In this document: positions 17,570-27,312 of the stretch, piece by piece
How positions within the stretch are numbered: position 1 is the first letter of the stretch
How the letters are laid out: every line of letters starts with the position of its first letter
NCBI GenBank assembly: GCA_964541075.1
Contig: CAZIPZ010000003.1
Location: forward strand, 1 to 43,479
Length of the DNA stretch: 43,479 bases
Source: an uncultured Solibacteraceae bacterium
Lineage (GTDB): Bacteria > Acidobacteriota > Terriglobia > 20CM-2-55-15
Direction of reading: 5' to 3'
Translations under genes and position numbers: made by a program
Notes under the pieces: model-generated
The model's input: the letters and a program-made list of their open reading frames with translations, nothing else
Told to the model about the DNA's origin: nothing
Databases searched by the model: none

Positions 17570-18745
17570 ATGGGCGACAACATTGGTTTCCAGACCGTTT
17601 CTCATGTTCCCTTGACGGTTCTCTCGGAAGAGGAAAAATTGTTTCGAGATTCGTGCCGTTCTTTTGCGGAAGGACGAATCGGCCCCTTGGTTCGGAGGAT
17701 GGACGAGGAGGCCAAGCTGGAACCCGGCGTGATCCCCGAACTTTTCGAACTCGGACTGATGGGCATCCATGTCCCGGAAGAATTTGGGGGCAGCGGCGGC
17801 AGTTTCTTTATGTCCGTCATTGCAGTTGAGGAAGTTTCACGAGTGGACGGATCTTTCGGCGTCTTTATCGACGTACAGAACACGCTCGTGAACAACGCGA
17901 TCATGCGTTGGGCGACCCCGGAGCAGAAGAGAAAGTATTTGCCGCGACTGGCCAAGGATGCAGTTGGCGCATACGCCCTTTCGGAAGCCGGTTCGGGCAG
18001 TGACGCTTTCGCCCTGGCATGCCGCGCTGTGGAAAAAACTGATCATTTCCTTCTGAACGGTCGGAAGCTGTGGATTACAAACGCACGTGAGGCGGACATC
18101 TTCATCCTGTTTGCGAACGTGAATCCCGACCAGGGATACAAAGGCATTACAGCGTTCTTGATCGACTCGGATTTTCCAGGTTTTTCTGTTGGAAAGAAGG
18201 AAGATAAGCTCGGTATTCGCGCCTCGAGCACATGCGAGTTGATCCTGGAGGATTGTAGGGCTCCCAAGAACTGTGTTCTTGGTGAGATTGGAAAAGGCTA
18301 TAAGATTGCCATCGAAACGCTTAATGAAGGCCGAATCGGCATAGGCGCACAAATGGTGGGAATTGCCCAAGGCAGCTGGGACTGCGGGGTAAAGTATTCG
18401 AAAGAGCGAAAGGCCTTTGGAAAACCGATAGCCGAGTTCCAAGGCATCCAGTTTCAGCTTGCTGAAACTGCAACACAGATCGAAGCCGCGCGTCTGATGG
18501 TCTACAATGCGGCTCGACTGAAGGATGCGGGAGAGGATTTTGTTAAAGAAGCAGCCATGGCTAAATACTTTTCATCAATGGTGGCGGAGCATGTCACCTC
18601 TCAGGTAGTTGAGATCTACGGGGGCTATGGCTACACGAAGGACTATCCCGCGGAGAAGTATTTTCGCGACTCCAAGATTGGGAAGATTTACGAAGGCACC
18701 TCGAACATGCAGTTGCAAACGATCGCAAAACTTTTGTTGCGGTAG
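17570..18745 (+). CDS. acyl-CoA dehydrogenase (short/branched-chain type)
   Basis: 391 aa. ACAD signatures (YALSEAGSGSDA, the QFQLAE region, YEGTSNMQ). GAGG lies 7 nt upstream of the ATG. Confidence 0.9.
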   Translation: MGDNIGFQTVSHVPLTVLSEEEKLFRDSCRSFAEGRIGPLVRRMDEEAKLEPGVIPELFELGLMGIHVPEEFGGSGGSFFMSVIAVEEVSRVDGSFGVFIDVQNTLVNNAIMRWATPEQKRKYLPRLAKDAVGAYALSEAGSGSDAFALACRAVEKTDHFLLNGRKLWITNAREADIFILFANVNPDQGYKGITAFLIDSDFPGFSVGKKEDKLGIRASSTCELILEDCRAPKNCVLGEIGKGYKIAIETLNEGRIGIGAQMVGIAQGSWDCGVKYSKERKAFGKPIAEFQGIQFQLAETATQIEAARLMVYNAARLKDAGEDFVKEAAMAKYFSSMVAEHVTSQVVEIYGGYGYTKDYPAEKYFRDSKIGKIYEGTSNMQLQTIAKLLLR

Positions 18746-18751
18746 ATTTTT

Positions 18752-19723
18752 ATGAAGCCGGTGCGCGTCCTATACCACGACAACTGCTTTGACGGCGTCT
18801 CGTCCGCTGCGGTCTTCTCTCGTTTTTATCGAGCCCAGGTGAACCGTAATGCGGAGATTGAGTACGAAGGTCTTACGCACAAGGCCGGTCAAAAAATCGG
18901 GGATGAGCTGTTCAGTGAGGGCGAGAATGTCATTGTCGATTTCAAGTACAGCGCATCAGACAAACTGACCTGGTGGTTCGACCATCATGAAAGCGCTTTT
19001 CTATCGCCCCACGATGAGGCGCATTTCCGAAGCGATGAGAGCGGCAGAAAATTTCATGACCCGACTTTCAAGTCGTGCACCAAATTCATCGCCTCAATAG
19101 CGCGCGACGTGTTCGGCCATCCACTTGCGGATCTTTCGGACCTCGTGTATTGGGCTGATATCATCGATGGCGCACAGTTCCCGGATGCAAAAAGCGCAGT
19201 CGAGTTGAAGGAACCGGCGATGCGGCTAATGCTGGTGATCGAGGCGAGCCACAGCCCTGAGTTGATTCATCGAATCATTCGCGAGCTGCAACACAAGGCG
19301 CTGTCTGACGTGATTGCAGACCCGGAAGTGCGCTCAATGTTTGAAACGCTTTACGCCCACCATTTTGACTCGATCGGAATCATGCGTCAGGCTGCTACAT
19401 TTAAAGACGGAGTCGTTTTTTTTGATGTCAGCGACCATGACCTTGACGGTCACAACAAATTCATACCTTACTACTTGTTTCCTGACAGCGTGTACTGTGT
19501 GGGAGTCAGCAAATCACCCGCGCGGGCGAAGGTGTCGGTGGGAACCAATCCTTGGACCCGCCGCGAACGGCGTCACAATCTGGCGAAACTCTGCGAAAAG
19601 TACGGAGGCGGAGGACATTCCGTGGTTGCGGCGATTTCATTTCGGCCAAATGAGCTAGAGAGCGCCCGCGAGGCCGCACATGAAATCGCGCAGAAACTTC
19701 AGAACGATCTACGAAACGCATAA
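18752..19723 (+). CDS. DHH/DHHA1-family phosphoesterase
   Basis: DHH motifs are readable: HDNCFDG (motif I), VIVDF (motif II), FDHHES (the DHH motif) and a C-terminal GGGGH (DHHA1). The substrate cannot be inferred. Confidence 0.7.
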   Translation: MKPVRVLYHDNCFDGVSSAAVFSRFYRAQVNRNAEIEYEGLTHKAGQKIGDELFSEGENVIVDFKYSASDKLTWWFDHHESAFLSPHDEAHFRSDESGRKFHDPTFKSCTKFIASIARDVFGHPLADLSDLVYWADIIDGAQFPDAKSAVELKEPAMRLMLVIEASHSPELIHRIIRELQHKALSDVIADPEVRSMFETLYAHHFDSIGIMRQAATFKDGVVFFDVSDHDLDGHNKFIPYYLFPDSVYCVGVSKSPARAKVSVGTNPWTRRERRHNLAKLCEKYGGGGHSVVAAISFRPNELESAREAAHEIAQKLQNDLRNA

Positions 19724-20827
19724 TTGTTGACGGAAACGACTTCAGGCGATTCTTCCCAGACTGAGTACGAGTTCGTCCGCGCCGTATGGAGCAGACGAAC
19801 GCCGTTCACTTACATTTTTCTGGGGATTAATATCGCCATCTTTCTACTGATGACACTCACTGGCGGCTCTACCGACGAAGCCACCTTGATGGCGTTCGGC
19901 GTGAAGTCCAACCATGAGATCAACACCGGCCAATATTGGCGTTTCATTACGCCAATATTTATTCACATTGGTTTCATTCACCTGCTGTTCAACTCGTACG
20001 CTTTGTGGATAGTGGGGCCAGGGGTCGAAAAACTGTACGGCAGCGCCCGATTTGTTTTCTTATACGTTCTCACTGGCGTCGGCGGGGTTATCGGCAGCTA
20101 CTACTACAACCCTACGGCGATTTCAGCCGGGGCCTCAGGTGCAATATTCGGCCTTTTTGGCGTCCTGTTGATGTTTGGATTACGGTATCGCCATTCGATA
20201 CCGCCCTTTTTCAAGAAGTCTGTTGGTGCGGGTGTGCTTCCGGTGATTGTGATCAATCTCATCATCGGATTCACGATCCCTGCGATCGATAATTCCGCGC
20301 ATCTCGGTGGATTGATTGCGGGCGCCGCGCTTGCCGGCGTCGTTCCGTATTTAAGACCGGGCGACCGCACGCCTGCGATTTTCAAGACGGTGCAAGTTGT
20401 GTTCCTCGTTATTATTGGCCTGTGCTTTTACATGGTTGCAGCCAACTATCGTGGTTCTCCTGAGGCGTTTATCAATGCGGCGAACAATGCTCAAAACGTT
20501 TTCACTGAATCGGTGCGCGCGCTGGAAAGCGGAAATACCGCAGACCTGCCAAAGACGCGCGAGGACATTCTTCAAGCGATCGAACAACTGCACGACGCCC
20601 CATTGTTCGACGCCACGCAGAACGATTTAACGGAGGGTTTGCGGCGCGTGATGGAGGACCAAAACGAGCTCATCCAGGACGTCCAGAGCTCCCAAGCCGT
20701 GACATTCGCTCACGCCCGCCGCTTAAAGGAAAACGTTACGAAGTTTGGGGACCTCATGGAACGTCTTTCCGAGTGGGTGAAGTCTGAAGGGGAGCATTAC
20801 GGGATTCAGATGGGAAATCATCCTTGA
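19724..20827 (+). CDS. rhomboid-family intramembrane serine protease with C-terminal soluble extension
   Basis: WRF.TP.F.H, the catalytic GASGAIFGLFG, and the AHLGGLIAG histidine helix. It has a TTG start immediately after the upstream stop. Confidence 0.85.
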   Translation: MLTETTSGDSSQTEYEFVRAVWSRRTPFTYIFLGINIAIFLLMTLTGGSTDEATLMAFGVKSNHEINTGQYWRFITPIFIHIGFIHLLFNSYALWIVGPGVEKLYGSARFVFLYVLTGVGGVIGSYYYNPTAISAGASGAIFGLFGVLLMFGLRYRHSIPPFFKKSVGAGVLPVIVINLIIGFTIPAIDNSAHLGGLIAGAALAGVVPYLRPGDRTPAIFKTVQVVFLVIIGLCFYMVAANYRGSPEAFINAANNAQNVFTESVRALESGNTADLPKTREDILQAIEQLHDAPLFDATQNDLTEGLRRVMEDQNELIQDVQSSQAVTFAHARRLKENVTKFGDLMERLSEWVKSEGEHYGIQMGNHP

Positions 20828-20854
20828 ATTTTGGCATAATCAAAAGCTCACACC

Positions 20855-23278
20855 ATGCTTAGTCCAGAAACCCTCGAAAGAATCAGCAAAGAGGTTGGCG
20901 CGCCCGTCTTTCGTGTTGAAACAACGATCCGGTTGCTCGAGGACGGAGGCACGGTTCCCTTCATCGCCCGGTACCGAAAGGAAGCGACGGGGAATCTCAA
21001 TGAGGTCAAGATCCGCGATGTCGAAGAACGCCTTCACTACTATCAGAATCTCGACCAGCGGCGGAGCACTGTTCTAGCGTCCATCGAAAAACAGGGCAAG
21101 CTCAGCGAAGACCTCAAGGCCAGGATTCTTTCCAGCTACAGCAAGCACGAACTGGAAGATCTTTACCTTCCCTTTAAGCCGAAACGAAAAACGAAGGCGA
21201 GCGTCGCCATTGAACGAGGACTTGAACCTCTTGCCCAACTTATCTGGGAGCAGAGCGTTTCGGATCCCATTGAAACACTTGCCATGCAGTTCATAAGTGA
21301 GGAGAAGGAGGTTCCCACGGCCGAAGCGGCGGTGGAAGGTGCGCTGTATATAGTGGCGGAACGGATTGCCGAGAGTCCCGAATTCCGAAAACAACTCAGG
21401 GACCTCATCTTGAAGGAAGGCATGGTTCGGTCCAGAGTGGCGGTCGGCAAGGAATCGGAGAAAACAAAATACGAAATGTACTACTCCTTCGAGGAGACGG
21501 TTCCGAAGATTCCATCCCACCGCATGCTTGCGATCCGGCGAGGATCGCGTGAGAGTATTCTTTCTTTCTCCATCGACCTTCCGTCCGAAAAGCCCATAGC
21601 GGATCTTCTTCCTCAGGTTATCAAGGATCCCCAATCGGCGTTCGCCCCATTCCTGGATCGAGCCGTGCGCGATGCTTACGACAGACTGCTCTTTCCCTCC
21701 ATCCAGACCGAGGTGCGGTCCATGCTCAGAGAAAGAGCAGAGTCCGAGGCCATCAAGGTTTTTGAGGAGAATCTGAGGACTTTGCTGCTGGCGCCTCCAG
21801 CGGGTCCGATCGGTGTGATGGGCATTGATCCGGGTCAGCGCACCGGCTGCAAACTTGCAGTCGTGGACGAGACCGGAAAGTTCCTCGAGACTCAAACCAT
21901 CTATCCCACGCCTCCGAAGAAGGATCTCGAAGGCGCTCAGAAGGTCATCAGCGAGCTCATTCAAAAGCACAACATTCGTGGGATCGCCATCGGCAATGGA
22001 AAAGCCTCGCGCGAGACCGAGACCTTCGTTCGATCTGTCATCGGACAGAATGGCGACATCTTCGTTACGGTGATCAATGAGTCCGGCGCCTCCATCTATT
22101 CGGCATCCAAACGCGCCCGTGAGGAGTTTCCAAGTCTGGATGTGACGGTTCGCGGCGCAATTTCAATTGCGCGCCGACTTCAGGATCCCTTGGCGGAATT
22201 GGTGAAGATCGATCCGAAGTCTATCGGCGTCGGGCAGTACCAGCATGACGTGGATCAGAAGAAGCTCAAACACAGTCTGGCTGCCGCCGTGGAGTCTTGT
22301 GTAAACCGGGTCGGAGTTGATCTCAACACAGCTTCAGTGGATCTGCTGAAGTATGTCTCCGGCATCGGCGACAGGCTTGCTTTCGGTATCGTCAGTCACC
22401 GCGATCAGCACGGCGTGTTTCAATCGCGCATCCAACTTCGAGATGTTGATGGCTTTGGCGATAAGACCTTCGAGCAAGCCGCTGGTTTTCTTCGAATAAA
22501 AGAAGGATCGAATCCACTGGATCGAACAGCCGTACATCCGGAATCTTATGCGATCGTCGAGAAGATGGCGGCTTCACTGGAGCTGCCGATTTCAGACTTG
22601 ATTGAGAATCCTGATAAGGTCAATTCCATCGATTTCAAGTTATTCGAAGGTGATGCCGGCAAGTTCACGCTCGCGGACATTCGCGACGAACTTCTGAAAC
22701 CGGGGCGCGATCCGAGAGACAAGTTTACAGCGCCGAAATTCAGGGAAGACGTGAAAGAGATCGCCGATCTTAAGGAAGGAATGGAGTTGGAAGGCAGTGT
22801 TACCAATGTCACCAACTTTGGCGCATTCGTCGACCTCGGTGTTCAGCAAGACGGTCTGGTGCACATTTCCGAGCTTTCGCACAAATATGTTCAGGACGCG
22901 CGGCAGGCGGTCAGGGTGGGCGACGTCGTAAGAGTCAAGGTGATTGGCGTTGATCCAACAATGAAGCGCATCAGCCTTTCAATGAAGGCCATCATGCCGA
23001 AACCTGCCAAACGACATCGCCCGAAAAAAAAGATGAAGCCGGCGCCGGTCGAAACGCCGCAGGCCGCCGCAGTCGCGCCACAGCCGCGAATAGCGTCAGT
23101 CACTACAATGCGTCCAGTGCAACGGAGGCCAAAATCAGATCGGCCTCGGTCTCCTCAGACGCCGGACGGCAAACCTTCCAAGCCTGCGCCGCAAGTTGAG
23201 GCGGTAGCGTCGCCTTCCAAGCAGACAATGGAAGAAAAAATCCGTTTGCTGCAGGAAAAATTCGGTCGCGCCCGGTAA
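20855..23278 (+). CDS. tex: Tex-like transcription accessory protein (YqgF/HhH/S1 domains)
   Basis: Tex N-terminus (TVPFIARYRKEATG), a YqgF-like region (GIDPG.RTGCK.AVVD), HhH repeats, and a C-terminal S1 domain (GSVTNVTNFGAFVDLGVQQDGLVHISEL) followed by a Pro/Lys-rich tail. Confidence 0.9.
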   Translation: MLSPETLERISKEVGAPVFRVETTIRLLEDGGTVPFIARYRKEATGNLNEVKIRDVEERLHYYQNLDQRRSTVLASIEKQGKLSEDLKARILSSYSKHELEDLYLPFKPKRKTKASVAIERGLEPLAQLIWEQSVSDPIETLAMQFISEEKEVPTAEAAVEGALYIVAERIAESPEFRKQLRDLILKEGMVRSRVAVGKESEKTKYEMYYSFEETVPKIPSHRMLAIRRGSRESILSFSIDLPSEKPIADLLPQVIKDPQSAFAPFLDRAVRDAYDRLLFPSIQTEVRSMLRERAESEAIKVFEENLRTLLLAPPAGPIGVMGIDPGQRTGCKLAVVDETGKFLETQTIYPTPPKKDLEGAQKVISELIQKHNIRGIAIGNGKASRETETFVRSVIGQNGDIFVTVINESGASIYSASKRAREEFPSLDVTVRGAISIARRLQDPLAELVKIDPKSIGVGQYQHDVDQKKLKHSLAAAVESCVNRVGVDLNTASVDLLKYVSGIGDRLAFGIVSHRDQHGVFQSRIQLRDVDGFGDKTFEQAAGFLRIKEGSNPLDRTAVHPESYAIVEKMAASLELPISDLIENPDKVNSIDFKLFEGDAGKFTLADIRDELLKPGRDPRDKFTAPKFREDVKEIADLKEGMELEGSVTNVTNFGAFVDLGVQQDGLVHISELSHKYVQDARQAVRVGDVVRVKVIGVDPTMKRISLSMKAIMPKPAKRHRPKKKMKPAPVETPQAAAVAPQPRIASVTTMRPVQRRPKSDRPRSPQTPDGKPSKPAPQVEAVASPSKQTMEEKIRLLQEKFGRAR

Positions 23279-23337
23279 GACGGCGTAAGAGCAATAGATC
23301 ACGAAATGGAACTGTTCACGGCGCCTCCGTCTTAGCC

Positions 23338-24555
23338 ATGAACTACCCCGAGGCTATTTTTATTTCCCTCGCTTCACTCCGGGCCAATCGCCTGCGATCC
23401 CTCCTTACATTGCTCGGCATCGTGATTGGAATCACAACGGTGATCACCGTTGTGTCATTCATTTCGGGACTCAATGACTACGTGGCCGAGAAGGTTTTCA
23501 ATCTGGGTCCAGACGTTTTCGTCGTGAACCGAACACCTTTCGTGACCCTTTCTCTAGAAGATTTCATCGAGGGCCAAAGGCGCAAGAACCTCTACCTCTC
23601 TGACATGGAGGCGATTCGAGAAACATGTACGGAATGCGGGTTGGTGGGCGCGACGGTCAATACAAGATCCCGCGTCAAGTACGGGCGTGAGTTTACAGAT
23701 TCACAAATTCAGGGAAACACCTATGAAATGCCGGCCATTCTTGGCAACGATGTGGAGACGGGTCGACTTCTGAACCAGTACGACGTGGATCATTCGCGAT
23801 ATGTCTGCGTTATCGGCCGGGACGTTGCGGACGTCCTCTTTCCTTACATGGATCCCATAGGAAAGACGCTTTCGGTAAACGACCTTCCGTTTGAAGTGAT
23901 CGGAGTGGGGCTTCGACAGGGTAGCGTCCTCGGTCAATCGCGCGACAACTGGGTCATGATTCCGATTACCGTACATCAGAAAATCTGGGGTATCCGGCGT
24001 TCGGTTCAGATCTACGCCAAGGCCCTCAATGAAACGCATCTCTTGAGAGCCCAGGATCAGGCAAGACTTGTTCTTCGCGTGCGTCGCCACTTGGGCTACA
24101 GCGCGAAGGACGACTTTTCCATTGGAACGAATGACAATTTTTTGTCGCTATGGAGCAACATCAGCCGGGTGTTTTTCGCCGTCACTATCGCCATAGCGTC
24201 CATATCGTTGTTGGTGGGCGGAATTGTCGTTATGAACATCATGCTGGTCTCGGTTACAGAGCGCACCAGGGAGATCGGCATTCGCAAGGCTTTAGGGGCG
24301 CGCCGCAAAGACATACTGATTCAGTTTCTATTGGAGTCTTCAACCCTGTCCTTGGTGGGCGGGATGATCGGAATTGCTCTGGGCGTCGGCATTGCTCTCC
24401 TTGTCTCTTGGTTGACTCCTCTTCCCGCTGCCATCAAATGGTGGGCCGTCACTCTAGGGCTGCTGTTCTCGGGTGGCGTTGGTCTTTTTTTTGGAATATA
24501 TCCGGCCAGCAAGGCTGCAAAACTCGATCCCATCGAGGCTTTACGCTATGAGTGA
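23338..24555 (+). CDS. MacB/FtsX-family ABC transporter permease
   Basis: One N-terminal TM segment, a large periplasmic MacB-like core, and a C-terminal FtsX domain (VMNIMLVSVTERTREIGIRKALGA..IL.QFL.ES), ending in DPIEALRYE. Confidence 0.85.
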   Translation: MNYPEAIFISLASLRANRLRSLLTLLGIVIGITTVITVVSFISGLNDYVAEKVFNLGPDVFVVNRTPFVTLSLEDFIEGQRRKNLYLSDMEAIRETCTECGLVGATVNTRSRVKYGREFTDSQIQGNTYEMPAILGNDVETGRLLNQYDVDHSRYVCVIGRDVADVLFPYMDPIGKTLSVNDLPFEVIGVGLRQGSVLGQSRDNWVMIPITVHQKIWGIRRSVQIYAKALNETHLLRAQDQARLVLRVRRHLGYSAKDDFSIGTNDNFLSLWSNISRVFFAVTIAIASISLLVGGIVVMNIMLVSVTERTREIGIRKALGARRKDILIQFLLESSTLSLVGGMIGIALGVGIALLVSWLTPLPAAIKWWAVTLGLLFSGGVGLFFGIYPASKAAKLDPIEALRYE

Positions 24556-25795
24556 AGCGATCCGTCTGGCCCTGGACTCCTTGCGGAGACACTCACTGCG
24601 ATCGTTTTTGACAGTTCTTGGCGTCGTTATCGGCGTAGCCACAGTCATCGGCATGTCATCTATTATCGCGGGTTTGAATGGAAGCATCGTTTCCCAATTG
24701 GAGGACATCGGATCAAATCTTATCTTCGTCTCGCGCTTTCCGCCCACGGTGGGAGGACGTCTCCCGCCCGAAGTAGTGAACCGGAAAAGGCTCAACCTGG
24801 ACGATGCAAAAGCAATTTCTGAGCTTCCGAACGTCAGAGCTGTAGCTCCAGTGCTCCGCTATTTTTCACCGGCCGCGGATGCATCGTCCTACACGGTTCG
24901 TTATCGTGATCGCTCCGCAAAAAACACGATCATGGAGGGGGTTGTCCCGCAGCAGGAAACTGTCATGAACCTTCGATTGGCCGCGGGGCGCTGGATCACC
25001 GAAGCTGATCACAGGCGTCGGGCAAACGTCGTTGTTCTTGGGTACGATACTGCGGAAACCATATTCCCGGTGTCGGTGGATCCGATAGGAAAAGAGGTTG
25101 AACTCGCCGGCAATGTCTTCACTGTGATCGGCGTCCTGGAGAAACGGCGGGATTCTCTAAATCCCGGCGCCAATCCTAACGACAATGTGGCGGAGATGCC
25201 TGTGGGAACGTTCTGGCGACTCCATCCGGAGCAAAAGGACTTTTGGTTTGCCATAAAACCGGTTTCTCAAGAAACGATGAGTGGAGTGATAGATAACATT
25301 GAACAGATCCTTCGAAGGCGGAGAGGAGTTCCGCTAAATAAAGACAGCGACTTCGCTATTTTCACCCAGAACACATTTACGGATCTATGGAATCAGATTT
25401 CAAGAGGCATTTTTACGGTGATGCTGGGTATTTCTTCGATTGCTCTGCTCGTAAGCGGGGTTGGCGTCATGAACATTATGCTCGTTTCGGTCACTGAGCG
25501 GACCCGCGAGATCGGTATTCGGAAAGCGACAGGTGCGACGAGACGGGACATTCTCATTCAATTTCTCTTTGAGGCCATGACACTCACGGCCGTTGGCGGC
25601 GTTCTAGGCATTGTCGCCGGCGCGAGTTTGACGGCGTTGATACGTCAATTGGTTCCGTTTCTTCCTGCCGCAGTGTCGTTGTTTTGGGTCACGCTGGGTT
25701 TCGTAACCTCGGTCACCGTAGGCCTAATCTTCGGTCTTTATCCAGCCTATCGTGCAGCATCGTTGGATCCGATTGAGGCTCTGCGATACGAATAG
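24548..25795 (+). CDS. MacB/FtsX-family ABC transporter permease (paralogue)
   Basis: Same architecture and the same motifs (VMNIMLVSVTERTREIGIRKATGA, DPIEALRYE). The ATG at 24548 overlaps the upstream stop (ATGAGTGA). Confidence 0.85.
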   Translation: MSEAIRLALDSLRRHSLRSFLTVLGVVIGVATVIGMSSIIAGLNGSIVSQLEDIGSNLIFVSRFPPTVGGRLPPEVVNRKRLNLDDAKAISELPNVRAVAPVLRYFSPAADASSYTVRYRDRSAKNTIMEGVVPQQETVMNLRLAAGRWITEADHRRRANVVVLGYDTAETIFPVSVDPIGKEVELAGNVFTVIGVLEKRRDSLNPGANPNDNVAEMPVGTFWRLHPEQKDFWFAIKPVSQETMSGVIDNIEQILRRRRGVPLNKDSDFAIFTQNTFTDLWNQISRGIFTVMLGISSIALLVSGVGVMNIMLVSVTERTREIGIRKATGATRRDILIQFLFEAMTLTAVGGVLGIVAGASLTALIRQLVPFLPAAVSLFWVTLGFVTSVTVGLIFGLYPAYRAASLDPIEALRYE

Positions 25796-25804
25796 CATCA
25801 AGCA

Positions 25805-26623
25805 ATGCCGGTCGTGGCGTCGATTCCGACAAGCCTTCGACGGTATCTTCCACTCCTTTCAGTTCGAGAACTCTTAGGTTCTTCGATTGCAATGGGGACC
25901 TTTATGGGTCTTGCAACCTTGCAAACGGCGCAAAGATTGTATCGAGACTGCGGATTGAAAGCTGTTGTCGTCGTAGTGCTGAAGAAGGTGATCAGTCCAT
26001 TCGCCCAAGCTGGAAGCATCTATTTTATGGAGCGGGACCTGAGAGCAGAAATGCCACCGCTGCGGCCCATTCCGGGCATTGTTGCACGTGAAGGCTCATT
26101 CTCCGATCTTCACTTACTCGATGCTGTCGAAAATGGCGCACTTCTCAAACAGAGGGCGATCCAGCGATTGCAGAAGGGCGACCGGTGGTTCATAGGCGTC
26201 GAAGAGTCCACCGGCAAACTGACTAATTATCGGTGGGCTTCGTTGACGAGTGGTTTTGTTCTTGAACTCGGCCGGACGCTGACTCTGGAGCCAGGCCAAG
26301 CCTATATATACGACCTCCAGACGGCGCCTGAGTTCAGACGGCGCGGTATTGAGGGATTCACGCGTCAGTTCACTTACGATCGGCTCCATCGGCAATACGG
26401 CGCTGATCGCATCACCGTTTACATTTGCGCGGACAATCATGCCAGCCTGCAGGCGGGTCGAGCGTACCTTACGCCTGTCGGCCGCATCTGGTACCTCAAA
26501 GTCCGTGGATTCGCACGCCGCATCTTTATGATTCCGACTGGTCGGACGCCTCGATTGACCGAGGCCTCCGCTGAGTTTCCTCAGGCTGCAGCCTTCGCGC
26601 GACTCTCAAATTCGCGAAGGTAG
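25805..26623 (+). CDS. GNAT-family N-acyltransferase (putative)
   Basis: The C-terminal half has a GNAT motif-A-like segment (YIYDLQTAPEFRRRGIEG). The N-terminal ~90 aa are unassigned and the start is uncertain. The gene begins 9 nt after the permease stop. Confidence 0.5.
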   Translation: MPVVASIPTSLRRYLPLLSVRELLGSSIAMGTFMGLATLQTAQRLYRDCGLKAVVVVVLKKVISPFAQAGSIYFMERDLRAEMPPLRPIPGIVAREGSFSDLHLLDAVENGALLKQRAIQRLQKGDRWFIGVEESTGKLTNYRWASLTSGFVLELGRTLTLEPGQAYIYDLQTAPEFRRRGIEGFTRQFTYDRLHRQYGADRITVYICADNHASLQAGRAYLTPVGRIWYLKVRGFARRIFMIPTGRTPRLTEASAEFPQAAAFARLSNSRR

Positions 26624-27312
26624 GCCAACTCTTCCACCGTAGGTTCCGGGGTTTCATGAACAGGATGGGATAGTTGAAGGGGCCAGCCGGTCGCTTCCTT
26701 GATTTCCTCCACCGTGACTCCAGGATGGCGGCTTACGAGCATGAGTTCTCGTGTCCAAGGATCAGGCGCAAGAACAGCTAGATCCGTTACTACTGCGGTA
26801 ACGCGGTCACCGGGAGTCGTCAGGAAATCGAGAGTGTTTACCATAGCCCTCGGTGAGTGACGAAGAATGACGATCACCTCGCGAGCGTTAGTCGCGATCT
26901 CCGGGGCCCCTCCCGCACCCGGGAGTCGTACACTCGGCCGGAGATAGTCTCCGATTACCGTCGAATTAAGATTGCCGAATCGATCGATCTGCGCGGCGCC
27001 GAGAATGGCCATGTCAATGCGTCCACCCTGCAACCAATAGGTGAACATTTCGGGAATGCTGACGATGAAATCGCAAGTGTTTGTGAGCTCATCAGCCGCA
27101 ATGGAAAGTGGCGCGAAGGAGGGTTTGGCTCCGACGGTTCCCGACTCATATATCAAAATTGATTTCGGCGCATGGTGCTTCCGGGCGATACAACCCGCGA
27201 GTCCCGGCATTCCTACACCTATGAAACACGTTGCTCCATTACGGAATCGCCGTGCCACTTCTATTGTCATCAGTTCTGCTTTTGCGTACCGTCGTTCAAT
27301 TGTGCTCGACAT
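26581..27312 (-). CDS. CoA-transferase subunit B (glutaconate / 3-oxoacid CoA-transferase family I)
   Basis: Typical beta-subunit start (ELMTIEVARRF.NG...FIGVG.P) and a YESG segment carrying the candidate catalytic Glu. Start placed at the ATG at 27312, overlapping the subunit A stop by 17 nt. Confidence 0.8.
   Translation of the reverse strand: MSSTIERRYAKAELMTIEVARRFRNGATCFIGVGMPGLAGCIARKHHAPKSILIYESGTVGAKPSFAPLSIAADELTNTCDFIVSIPEMFTYWLQGGRIDMAILGAAQIDRFGNLNSTVIGDYLRPSVRLPGAGGAPEIATNAREVIVILRHSPRAMVNTLDFLTTPGDRVTAVVTDLAVLAPDPWTRELMLVSRHPGVTVEEIKEATGWPLQLSHPVHETPEPTVEELAYLREFESRAKAAA

Noticed and set aside
17498-17770. 91-codon N-terminal extension of the CDF transporter ORF, and the overlapping 17557-17829 and 17602-17955 ORFs
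   Set aside because: The extension overlaps the well-supported acyl-CoA dehydrogenase start on the other strand and has no CDF similarity. The His-rich MDHHGH start at 17497 is the natural N-terminus.
21074-21970. 298-aa ORF on the minus strand
   Set aside because: It is antisense to the Tex gene. The sequence is low-complexity and Arg/Leu/Gly-rich with no recognisable domain, so I treat it as a shadow ORF.
23276-23334. 8-bp inverted repeat TAAGACGG...CCGTCTTA spanning the tex/permease intergenic region
   Set aside because: The arms are 43 nt apart with no further pairing. This is compatible with chance, so I do not call it a terminator.
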